A DNA stretch of 11,123 bases, taken from Candidatus Hodarchaeota archaeon (lineage in GTDB: Archaea > Asgardarchaeota > Heimdallarchaeia > Hodarchaeales > Hodarchaeaceae). Each line of letters begins with the position of its first letter. The stretch's first letter is position 1. A program made the translations under genes and the position numbers. The DNA lies in assembly GCA_016839785.1 (NCBI GenBank), contig JAEOTQ010000178.1, positions 1 to 11,123 on the forward strand, given 5' to 3'. Positions 1-7,359 of this stretch are shown here, piece after piece. Below the pieces are notes generated by a model that saw only the letters and a program-made list of their open reading frames with translations, was not told the DNA's origin and searched no databases.

Positions 1-779
1 AGCATGAGAATTTTGTGAAGTTTGTTCTCTCTGGTATTACTCCTACTTTCGCAAATACCTTACGTCGGCTTATAATGAGTGAGGTACCGACTATGGCGAT
101 CGATGAGGTAATTATCATTGAAAATACAACCCCTCTTTACGACGAAATTGTAGCACATCGTCTTGGTCTACTACCTCTTAAAACTGATCTGGAAAATTAC
201 GTTTTACCAGCAGTATGTGAATGTGGGGGACAAGGTTGTACATCCTGTGAGGTATCCTTAACTCTCGAGGTTTCAGGCGAGAAGGATATCGAGATCGTGT
301 ACTCAAATAGCCTATTATCGCAAGATCCAAAGATCACCCCAGTTTTTCCGAATATACCTATTCTGAAAATGGCGAAAAATCAAAAAATCTTTCTTGAAGC
401 AATTGCACGCCTTGGACGCGGAGCAGACCATGCAAAATGGCAACCGACTTCCACAGTTTCCTATAAATATTACCCAGTTGTCCAATTTACTGAAAAAAAC
501 TGCACTTATTGCGAAGACTGTGTAGAAGCATGTCCTAGAGATATAATAAAAATCGAAAACGGCAAGATTTTCGCTCAAAATATAATTAACTGTAGTCTGT
601 GCAATCAATGCGTGGATATTTGTGAGACCGATGCGGTTAATGTCACAACAACAGGAACGGATTTTATTTTTACCGTGGAAAGCACTGGTGCTCTCACCAC
701 TAAAGAGATATTACTTAAGGCTCTAAAAATATTGAACGAAAAAGCAGATGAATTTAAAGTGTATGTTGAAGAATTTTAG
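1..779 (+). CDS. rpoD: DNA-directed RNA polymerase subunit D (Rpo3, Rpb3 homologue), probably 5'-partial
   Basis: Hallmark motifs FANTLRRLIMSEVPTMAID, ENTTPLYDEIVAHRLGLLPL, ARLGRGADHAKWQP and FTVESTG. It has a CECGGQGCTSC insert and two ferredoxin-type CxxCxxCxxxC motifs. The frame is open from the window edge (H-E-N-F-V-K-F...), so GTG at 15 is probably internal. Stop TAG at 777-779. Confidence 0.97.
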   Translation, partial: HENFVKFVLSGITPTFANTLRRLIMSEVPTMAIDEVIIIENTTPLYDEIVAHRLGLLPLKTDLENYVLPAVCECGGQGCTSCEVSLTLEVSGEKDIEIVYSNSLLSQDPKITPVFPNIPILKMAKNQKIFLEAIARLGRGADHAKWQPTSTVSYKYYPVVQFTEKNCTYCEDCVEACPRDIIKIENGKIFAQNIINCSLCNQCVDICETDAVNVTTTGTDFIFTVESTGALTTKEILLKALKILNEKADEFKVYVEEF

Positions 780-790
780 AAGGGATTTAA

Positions 791-1153
791 TTGAAAATAG
801 CAACAAGAACTGACCCAAACAAAACTTCATTAATTAGATCGATTAATCAGGCTGGAATAAAAAACAACGCAAATATTTGGAGAAGATTAAGTAAAGAACT
901 CTCATCTGCTAATAGAAGACGTGTCGCAATTAACCTATCTCAGATTAATAGAGTATCTTCACCTGAGGATGTAATTGTCGTACCTGGAAAAATCTTGGGT
1001 GCAGGAATGTTGAAGCACAAGTTGAGTATAGCAGCAGAAAGCTTTTCTGAATCTGCAAAAGAGAAGATTCTTTCAGTAGGCGGTCAATGTCTATCGTTTG
1101 AAGAACTTATTAAGACAAACCCAAAGGGTACAAACGTTCGATTAATGAAATGA
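791..1153 (+). CDS. rpl18e: 50S ribosomal protein eL18 (L18e)
   Basis: Motifs IWRRLSKEL..RRRVAINLSQINR, VIVVPGKILGAG, AAESFSESAKEKI and NPKGTNV. TTG start with GAGGG just upstream. Sits at the expected position after rpoD. Confidence 0.96.
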   Translation: MKIATRTDPNKTSLIRSINQAGIKNNANIWRRLSKELSSANRRRVAINLSQINRVSSPEDVIVVPGKILGAGMLKHKLSIAAESFSESAKEKILSVGGQCLSFEELIKTNPKGTNVRLMK

Positions 1154-1608
1154 GAAATGGAAAGAGAAAAATGAACGATATTCTAATTGATAACTCAAAA
1201 ATTATTGATGCTGAAGATACAATAATCGGACGCTTAGCTAGTATTGTTGCTAAACGCTTATTATCTGGGGAAAATATTATAGTTGTTAATGCAGAGAAAG
1301 CACTAATTTCTGGCAACCCTGGTTCAGTTGCTAAGAAATACAGTGACAGGTACCATATTAAAACCAAATCAAATCCTCTAAAAGGTCCATTCTATCCAAG
1401 AAAACCTGACCAGGTATTAAAAAGAACTATAAGAGGAATGCTCCCCTACAAAAAAAGCAGAGGGAAAGAGGCATACAAGCGGTTAAAAGTATTTAACAGC
1501 GTACCAGGTATTTTTGAAGGCCAAGAACTTGAAGTTCTAGGTGATACTCAGCGGAATAACCCAAAATCTTCCTATATATCGCTAGGAGAATTGAATACAA
1601 AAATCTGA
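1150..1608 (+). CDS. rpl13: 50S ribosomal protein uL13
   Basis: Motifs IIDAEDTIIGRLASIVAKRLL.GE.IIVVNAEKALISG and GPFYPRKPD..LKRTIRGMLPYK. The start is either 1150 (ATGA overlap with the rpl18e stop) or ATG 1171. Confidence 0.96.
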   Translation: MRNGKRKMNDILIDNSKIIDAEDTIIGRLASIVAKRLLSGENIIVVNAEKALISGNPGSVAKKYSDRYHIKTKSNPLKGPFYPRKPDQVLKRTIRGMLPYKKSRGKEAYKRLKVFNSVPGIFEGQELEVLGDTQRNNPKSSYISLGELNTKI

Positions 1609-1618
1609 AGGGATAATC

Positions 1619-2020
1619 TTGAAAAGTCTATTACGAAGCGGAAAACGTAGAACGGCAATTGCCAGGGCAATAATTAAAGAAGGAAAGGGTAGAGTATTAA
1701 TCAACGGAAAACCTATCGAAATTATTGAACCAAATTTTGTAAGAATGAAATTACTTGAACCACTTCATTTTCTAGATAAAAAAGTTCGCAATAAAATTGA
1801 AATAAAGGTTAAAGTTAAAGGTGGGGGCTTCATGGGACAGGCTGATGCGGCTAGAACAGCAATTGCAAGAGCAATTTTAGCTTGGACTGATTCAGAAGCA
1901 TTACATGCTAAATTTATGAATTACGACCGGCATATGATCGTTGGGGATCCAAGAAGAAGAGAACCTAAGCATTTTGGAGGCCCTGGTGCACGTGCAAAAT
2001 ATACAAAGAGTTATCGATAA
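1619..2020 (+). CDS. rps9: 30S ribosomal protein uS9
   Basis: Motifs SGKRRTAIARA, VKGGGFMGQADAARTAIARA and DPRRREPKHFGGPGARAKYTKSYR (archaeal/eukaryotic-type C-terminus). TTG start preceded by AAGGGA. Confidence 0.97.
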   Translation: MKSLLRSGKRRTAIARAIIKEGKGRVLINGKPIEIIEPNFVRMKLLEPLHFLDKKVRNKIEIKVKVKGGGFMGQADAARTAIARAILAWTDSEALHAKFMNYDRHMIVGDPRRREPKHFGGPGARAKYTKSYR

Positions 2021-2028
2021 TCCATAAC

Positions 2029-2038
2029 CTTTATTTAA
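2029..2038 (+). promoter_or_regulatory. Putative TATA box for the tRNA gene
   Basis: TTTTATTTAA-like AT tract about 45 nt upstream of the mature tRNA 5' end, compatible with a short 5' leader. Support is positional only. Confidence 0.35.
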
Positions 2039-2113
2039 CCAAGAATAATGAAGACAGATGTCATCTTAGTGGAATATTTTTGGGCCCATGGCTTAGCCTG
2101 GTTAAAGCGCTCG

Positions 2114-2142
2114 GCGTTCAGAAGAGTTTCTGAACGGGCGAT
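2114..2142 (+). other. tRNA intron 1, 29 nt, non-canonical position 30/31, full BHB motif
   Basis: Central helix CGCU 2108-2111 pairs with GGCG 2137-2140 (3 WC + 1 U-G). The 3-nt bulges are CG|G (2112-2114) and AU|G (2141-2143). The inner helix is a perfect 9 bp, CGTTCAGAA 2115-2123 / TTCTGAACG 2128-2136. Outer pairs are G2107-C2144 and A2106-U2145. Confidence 0.85.
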
Positions 2143-2149
2143 GCTGATA

Positions 2150-2180
2150 ACGCATCTGGTTTTCCAGGCTGCCGACAGAA
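2150..2180 (+). other. tRNA intron 2, 31 nt, canonical position 37/38, relaxed BHB
   Basis: CUGA 2144-2147 opposite ACAG 2175-2178 gives 3 pairs plus an A-A mismatch. Bulges are UA|A and AA|A. The inner hairpin starts at C2151-G2174 and ends in CTGG-TTTT-CCAG 2156-2167. The AAC repeat at both junctions makes the boundary ambiguous by sequence alone, and BHB geometry favours 37/38. Confidence 0.8.
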
Positions 2181-2216
2181 ACCGAGAGATCCCCGGTTCA
2201 AATCCGGGTGGGCCCA

Positions 2217-2234
2217 TTTTCAATTTATTTTTAT
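2217..2234 (+). terminator. Putative archaeal oligo-T terminator after the tRNA
   Basis: TTTTCAATTTATTTTTTA immediately follows the discriminator base, in the gap before a convergent gene. Confidence 0.5.
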
Positions 2235-2314
2235 AATAGAGCCATATAGTTGAAGATCAATTCGAAAATATGAAGTAGCGCCGAGATAATTAGTTGTAAA
2301 GTACCGGGGCTCAA

Positions 2315-3733
2315 TTAAGCGACATTTGTTTTGTGTTCTAACCTTTGATGAAGAATATTTACAACGGGGAACGAATTCTTACCTGACTCTCTCTCTAGGC
2401 TATTGTTTTCGATTCGTTTCTGTATTAAAGTATGTAATAACTGTATTACTTGTTTATCGTGAATATCCAGCTTGGAAGAAACTACAAATTGTGCTAATAA
2501 ACAGTTGATTTGATGAAAAGAAACATGTCGTAAGAGATCAGTTAATATAGTATCTCTTCTTTTATCATTTTCCCCATCTACTAGCTCACCAAGTAATGTT
2601 GTTAAATGTTGATTAACTAATAGCTTTTTACAAAAAGAGACCCTATTTTCGCAATTCTTAATTTTGATTGCATCCTCATCTGAGCTTTGAGAAATGTTAC
2701 ACAATTCTATGCAAATCTGGTTATATCCATGACTTGTTTGTAGAGAGATGTGAACATTTGAGGGGTTATCGTTTGACTCAGTTGTAGGAGGAATGGGGGT
2801 ATTAGGCCTCGCAAAATTGGATTTTTCTTTATTAAATGGAATTAACATTCTTTGTAAGTTAATATATCCATCATCATCCGATGTAGAATTAAATCCAGTA
2901 AGTTTATACCGAATCATAGCTCTAAGAAGAATATTCTCATCAATGTGATCATAAACAAACCTATTTTCTCTAATATAACATTTATATCCATATAATTCAA
3001 AAAATGAGGTATGTTCATGTTTAAGGAAAGAATAAAATTGTGTAGAATTTGTCGAATTAGGCTTTTCTTTTTTGGTACTTTGAGAAACGTAATTTAAGAT
3101 ATGAGTATGATTTTTTAGAACTCTTGAACTATTTTTACTTTCTATTTCTGGAATGAATAGAAATCGACCTTGTCTAATGAATGTATATTTCCCGAATTTC
3201 CAAAAAGAATAATCTAGAAAATCCGTTTTTAGAGAGGAACTTGTTAATACATTTAAATTGGGAAAAATTGTATCTAGTAATGGTTTTGCTTTTTCGATAT
3301 GTTTAGATAATTCAATCTTAGAACTCGAATAAAAAAAAATCCTTAATCGCTTGATATCTTTGCTTATTTCAATCGAATACCGATTTAATTCATTTAATAA
3401 ATTAAATCCTTCAACATAGATATCAGAAAGGGATCTACATTCAAAAACACTCATATATATATCGAATCGCGAAATGTATATGAACTGGTTTTCTTTAAGA
3501 GTTAATAAAGATTTTTTTCTAAATGAATAAAGATTTAATTCGGAAATAATCAACAGACATGTGATTACTAGGGGTATGATATTTCCAATAACCAATGTGG
3601 TAAATAAGTTTGAGGAATTCTTAATTTCTTGAGAATTAGCAATATTTGACATAATTACGAGAAGTGTTAGGGCAATAAAAAAGCTAAAAAGTACTAAAAA
3701 TTCCCAGCGATATTTTTCTTTTTTTGAAATCAT
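2315..3733 (-). CDS. Hypothetical membrane protein: two N-terminal TM helices plus a large soluble region
   Basis: 472-aa ORF with hydrophobic segments FLVLFSFFIALTLLVIM and LFTTLVIGNIIPLVITCLLII flanked by basic residues (KKEKYR, RKK). A Pro/Thr/Asn linker (RPNTPIPPTTESNDNPSN) precedes a helical C-terminal region with four Cys. Starts 10 nt after the stop of the upstream gene. No family recognised. Confidence 0.75.
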   Translation of the reverse strand: MISKKEKYRWEFLVLFSFFIALTLLVIMSNIANSQEIKNSSNLFTTLVIGNIIPLVITCLLIISELNLYSFRKKSLLTLKENQFIYISRFDIYMSVFECRSLSDIYVEGFNLLNELNRYSIEISKDIKRLRIFFYSSSKIELSKHIEKAKPLLDTIFPNLNVLTSSSLKTDFLDYSFWKFGKYTFIRQGRFLFIPEIESKNSSRVLKNHTHILNYVSQSTKKEKPNSTNSTQFYSFLKHEHTSFFELYGYKCYIRENRFVYDHIDENILLRAMIRYKLTGFNSTSDDDGYINLQRMLIPFNKEKSNFARPNTPIPPTTESNDNPSNVHISLQTSHGYNQICIELCNISQSSDEDAIKIKNCENRVSFCKKLLVNQHLTTLLGELVDGENDKRRDTILTDLLRHVSFHQINCLLAQFVVSSKLDIHDKQVIQLLHTLIQKRIENNSLERESGKNSFPVVNILHQRLEHKTNVA

Positions 3734-3743
3734 TATTTTCAGC

Positions 3744-6700
3744 TCAAAGAATAGAAGTTTTTCTTTTTCTTATGAACTTAAATGCGAAGATGCCACAAAT
3801 TGCCATGATAGAAATTAACGATGGCAGGAATATCGCCGGATTCATTTTATCTCCCATATTTGGAGATTCCAACTCATTTTTCAAATCAATGGAAAAAGAT
3901 ATTTCATTGGCCGCCCAGTCTGAGATTATTACATAAATTTCCCCAAATTGAGAATACACAATGGGAATTTCGATAAGATAGTGATTGGAGTTTAAAATCG
4001 ATGAATTATACTTGATTCCAAAATATAAGCAGGAGATATTTCTTATTCCTGATCCTAAATCTGGCTCAGAAGTGATTATATGTAGATTGATGACTTTTTC
4101 AAAGGATTCCAAATAGTATGAATAATTGGGCGGATATGGATCAACGATGGAAAAAGTCTGTTCAGGGCTTAGGGACAGAGCTCCATTTGAAAAATTTAAC
4201 TCCATTTTTACATTAATAGAGATATTCCATTTGAATTTCTGAAAAAACGCTTCTACGATGAATGTATTATTTGCAAAGGGAATAATTGTTGTATTTCGAC
4301 ATTCAGAACTGTATTGGTCAGAGATAGTGTATAATACAGAAAATGAAAATTTGCTAGAAGATGTAAATCTCCATCTTCCGGTGATTTGTTCATCATATGT
4401 GTAATTCTCTTTGAATTCTGTCAATATTTCGATTTTAGGGGTACTAAATTGGATTTCAAGATAATAATTTACCAAAATTCCATTAATAATACTCAACTGC
4501 TTCAGTTTGATCTGTGAACCTAATAGCTCGATTTCAAATTTATTTGTTATATCACGCTTAAGAAAATCTCGTAAATAAATTTTATCCAAAGGAAATTCAA
4601 TGAAATCCAAATCCAAAATTAAAGTATAGTTGGAAATTGAGAAGTTCGAAACACATTTGATGTGTACTTCATAACTCGAAATATCTTCTGATACAGAAAA
4701 GATCACAAGTGGACCTTGAAATTCTAAGAGAAGTGTGTCATTATTCGTAGAGTCGCTCATGAGATCCCAAATCAAAAATTGATCAGTAACTTCTATTTCT
4801 AAAATAAAATCATTCCTCAATAAATAAGCGAAAATAGGAGTGCCTAAATAATTATCAGATGAAATATACCATAAAGAACCATTTATTGGATATGTGATAT
4901 TAAAAATATGGAAGAAACTTTTATTACTGATTACAGGCGCTCGTGTGATTTCATTCAGAACGGGATGATATCTATCCGTTTCAATAGAATCATTTGAGAT
5001 TGTGATTGTGAAGGTATTCATTTTAAGTATGATATTTTCCAGTTTTGCTATCAAAATCAAATTCAAGATATTCGATGATTCATAATTACTTGTTGATATA
5101 ATGACATCTTTGTAACCAAAATTATTGGTTTGACTTTGCTGGATCACAGTACTATTAATCCAGATAGTTAAATCTGCTCCAGATACGGGCCAGTTCGTTC
5201 CACCCTCCTGTGGACTTATGAACATATTAATTCTAAAGGAAAGGTTATTATAAGGATTTAATATTTGTGGAATCCCCTGAATATCCCAATCGACAACTAC
5301 AGGGTAAATAGTTAAATTTAGCAATTTAGACGCAAAAAAATCCCCTTCATTTGATGCAATTATTGTAATATTTCTCTGTTGCGGTGGCCAGACGACATGA
5401 TCTAGAGTAAGATGATAGAATCCGTTAATAGATTGATGTAATTGATGAATAGACTCACCTACTACAATAATTACCATCGTTGACTCTTCAATGTATTTTT
5501 GTCCCTCTTTTTCCAATGAGAGGTTGAGAAAGATCGGATCGTATTGGTAAATTTCAATGGCATCAGGAGTGAGTAGACTAATTCGAGCTGTGGTCTCCCC
5601 ACCAGAATGAATGTGAACTAATTGCTGATATACTCCGAACTGATAAACTGACGACAGATTTACTACTAAATTAACGACCCCTAAAGGATAATGATCCTCA
5701 ATACTGATCATAGGAAAAATGAAACTACCATTTAACATGCACACAGTAGTAAGATGCCCAAAAATCGTTTCATTCATTAAATAGAGATGTAAAATTCCTG
5801 TACTTGGTTGTATTAAATTTCCTGCGAATTGCACCATTTCATAGTAAGATAAAATGGTTGGAGCTTCAAGATTTTCGATATAATTAGGGACATTGAATTG
5901 AAATAATAAAGATTTAAGATTTTGAGTTGAAAACTGGTATAATTGACCAGTTATATTTCCATGGAGGATTTCATAGATCTCTAACTCTTCAAAAGATATT
6001 GAAAAGTTTATATTTTCGAGAAAGGTCCAATCGGATGGAATAATTGCGAACAATAGACTAGAAAGAGGATTAGGGAAGAATTGGGGAATAGAAAGATTAT
6101 AATTGACATGGACAAAAGTTTTATTCCAATTAATCACGTGGGGACTGGATAAAAATTCAAAATTTCGAGTTATTACGACGAAAAACTTCGTTTGTTGGTA
6201 AATTTTCCATGAAGTATTTTCTTCCATTGAAATGGAAATATTGTCATTAATAGATTCATGTGTTAAACTTCCATTTTCACTCTGCACTACTAATTCACCT
6301 ATAGTGTAAGTTATGGCAGATTCATTAGGAGGTAATGAACTAGTATAGTTAAGCCCCCTTATGTCTAAACATATATCGAACTCAGGTATAAAGGCAAACA
6401 TATAACAAAAAACGGTTTTCAATTGTGAGAACATGGAATATTCAGAAGGTAGGAAATATTGAGTAATCAAATGAGTGATATTGAATGAATTTGAGATCCA
6501 ATCAGATTGCTCAGTTTCATTGCACAATACATATAAAGATTTTGTTCCGGGCTTGTAAACGTTCTCTTCTAAAGGATCTCCGAAAAAACTCCCATTATCA
6601 GCAATGATAAAGTTTAAAGATGCGTTGTTAAACCTTAGTTCTAATACCAAGGAATGTACTTCATCTTTTAACGTTCCGTCGATGTATGGAATCCTATATT

Positions 6701-7268
6701 CGAATGAAAACTCAGTGGAGTAATTAACTGGAGAAGGACTGGTTGTAACATTAAAATCAATATTAGTAATTCCTGAGACTGGAGTAATGTTATTTTCAGA
6801 AAAATTTAGACGATAATAAGGAGAAAAATCAGTAAGATTCTGAAAGACTTCTACTTCTCCATAATCAGGCTCAATATTGTTTATCCAAGAACTTCGTTCT
6901 TCTGAGGCACCCGAATGAATGATAAAAGAGGAGCTTTGTGGCGTTGACTCTATAAGAATCTTACTTGTTCGTGAGGAATTAATTGAATAGATCTCTTTAC
7001 TAGTAAGATGAACGCTTGCATTTTGTTCTGCGATGAATGGAAATAGATTTTCCTCCGTGGAAATGGATTTTAAAATGGATCTTTGCCTTGGGAGTTCTTC
7101 ATGAAAGTTAGTTTCTAAAAATAACGGTGTTAATGACTTTTTATGATTGGTATAACCTTTAAACGAGGATTTTGATTGACTATTTATAGTCACAATTAAA
7201 GAAGATAAAATCAGGGTTAGAATTACTATCGTTCTAAGCTTTAATAGACCAAGAAGAACATTTTTCAT
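3744..7268 (-). CDS. Large secreted, C-terminally membrane-anchored cell-surface (glyco)protein, probably beta-sandwich/Ig-like domains
   Basis: 1174-aa ORF with an N-terminal basic+hydrophobic signal (KLRTIVILTLILSSLIVTI) and a C-terminal TM (AIFLPSLISIMAICGIFAF) followed by the basic tail KFIRKRK. About 40 N-x-S/T sequons by manual count. Rich in alternating beta-strand patterns, with an IVDPYPP...ISDWAANE segment resembling Ig-like surface-protein modules. Confidence 0.85.
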   Translation of the reverse strand: MKNVLLGLLKLRTIVILTLILSSLIVTINSQSKSSFKGYTNHKKSLTPLFLETNFHEELPRQRSILKSISTEENLFPFIAEQNASVHLTSKEIYSINSSRTSKILIESTPQSSSFIIHSGASEERSSWINNIEPDYGEVEVFQNLTDFSPYYRLNFSENNITPVSGITNIDFNVTTSPSPVNYSTEFSFEYRIPYIDGTLKDEVHSLVLELRFNNASLNFIIADNGSFFGDPLEENVYKPGTKSLYVLCNETEQSDWISNSFNITHLITQYFLPSEYSMFSQLKTVFCYMFAFIPEFDICLDIRGLNYTSSLPPNESAITYTIGELVVQSENGSLTHESINDNISISMEENTSWKIYQQTKFFVVITRNFEFLSSPHVINWNKTFVHVNYNLSIPQFFPNPLSSLLFAIIPSDWTFLENINFSISFEELEIYEILHGNITGQLYQFSTQNLKSLLFQFNVPNYIENLEAPTILSYYEMVQFAGNLIQPSTGILHLYLMNETIFGHLTTVCMLNGSFIFPMISIEDHYPLGVVNLVVNLSSVYQFGVYQQLVHIHSGGETTARISLLTPDAIEIYQYDPIFLNLSLEKEGQKYIEESTMVIIVVGESIHQLHQSINGFYHLTLDHVVWPPQQRNITIIASNEGDFFASKLLNLTIYPVVVDWDIQGIPQILNPYNNLSFRINMFISPQEGGTNWPVSGADLTIWINSTVIQQSQTNNFGYKDVIISTSNYESSNILNLILIAKLENIILKMNTFTITISNDSIETDRYHPVLNEITRAPVISNKSFFHIFNITYPINGSLWYISSDNYLGTPIFAYLLRNDFILEIEVTDQFLIWDLMSDSTNNDTLLLEFQGPLVIFSVSEDISSYEVHIKCVSNFSISNYTLILDLDFIEFPLDKIYLRDFLKRDITNKFEIELLGSQIKLKQLSIINGILVNYYLEIQFSTPKIEILTEFKENYTYDEQITGRWRFTSSSKFSFSVLYTISDQYSSECRNTTIIPFANNTFIVEAFFQKFKWNISINVKMELNFSNGALSLSPEQTFSIVDPYPPNYSYYLESFEKVINLHIITSEPDLGSGIRNISCLYFGIKYNSSILNSNHYLIEIPIVYSQFGEIYVIISDWAANEISFSIDLKNELESPNMGDKMNPAIFLPSLISIMAICGIFAFKFIRKRKTSIL

Positions 7269-7286
7269 TGATAAAAGATTCCTACC

Positions 7287-7303
7287 TTAGATTTAATATC
7301 TAA
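7287..7303 (-). promoter_or_regulatory. Putative TATA box inside an inverted repeat (TTAGAT-N5-ATCTAA), upstream of the surface-protein gene
   Basis: The minus strand reads TTAGATATTAAATCTAA. TATTAAAT lies about 23 nt before the ATG at 7268, and the 6-bp arms are perfect complements. Confidence 0.4.
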
Positions 7304-7359
7304 AAAAATATATGAAAAACGATTTAAAATAACCCAAGAATTTAAGATAATACTTTTCT

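Larger units (their letters stand above)
2082..2216 (+). tRNA. tRNA-Ile(GAU) with two introns; exons 2082-2113, 2143-2149, 2181-2216 (75 nt mature, CCA not encoded)
   Basis: Acceptor stem GGGCCCA 2082-2088 / TGGGCCC 2209-2215, discriminator A2216. D stem GCTT/AAGC. T arm CCCGG-TTCAAAT-CCGGG 2192-2208. The anticodon stem halves CTCGG and CCGAG are separated by 67 nt rather than 7. Removing 2114-2142 and 2150-2180 gives CTCGG-CTGATAA-CCGAG, a normal Ile(GAU) arm. Confidence 0.9.

Noticed and set aside
315-1367. Antisense ORFs 315..608 and 1110..1367
   Set aside because: They are shadows of rpoD and rpl18e/rpl13 with no independent protein features.
2114-2180. Intron-encoded C/D box guide RNA, as in euryarchaeal pre-tRNA-Trp
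   Set aside because: CTGA occurs at 2130-2133, but there is no proper RUGAUGA C box and the introns are only 29 and 31 nt.
2115-2181. Single 60-nt intron interpretation giving another anticodon
   Set aside because: A single 37/38 intron would leave the loop CGTTCAA with G at position 33, and no single excision restores C32-U33 with a valid BHB. The two-intron model explains every base.
2035-2236. ORFs 2035..2223 (-) and 2048..2236 (+)
   Set aside because: Both overlie the tRNA gene. MGPPGFEPG is the typical antisense translation of a tRNA T arm.
3331-3339. A9 homopolymer in the 472-aa gene as a phase-variation tract
   Set aside because: The frame is intact and such runs are expected in DNA this AT-rich.
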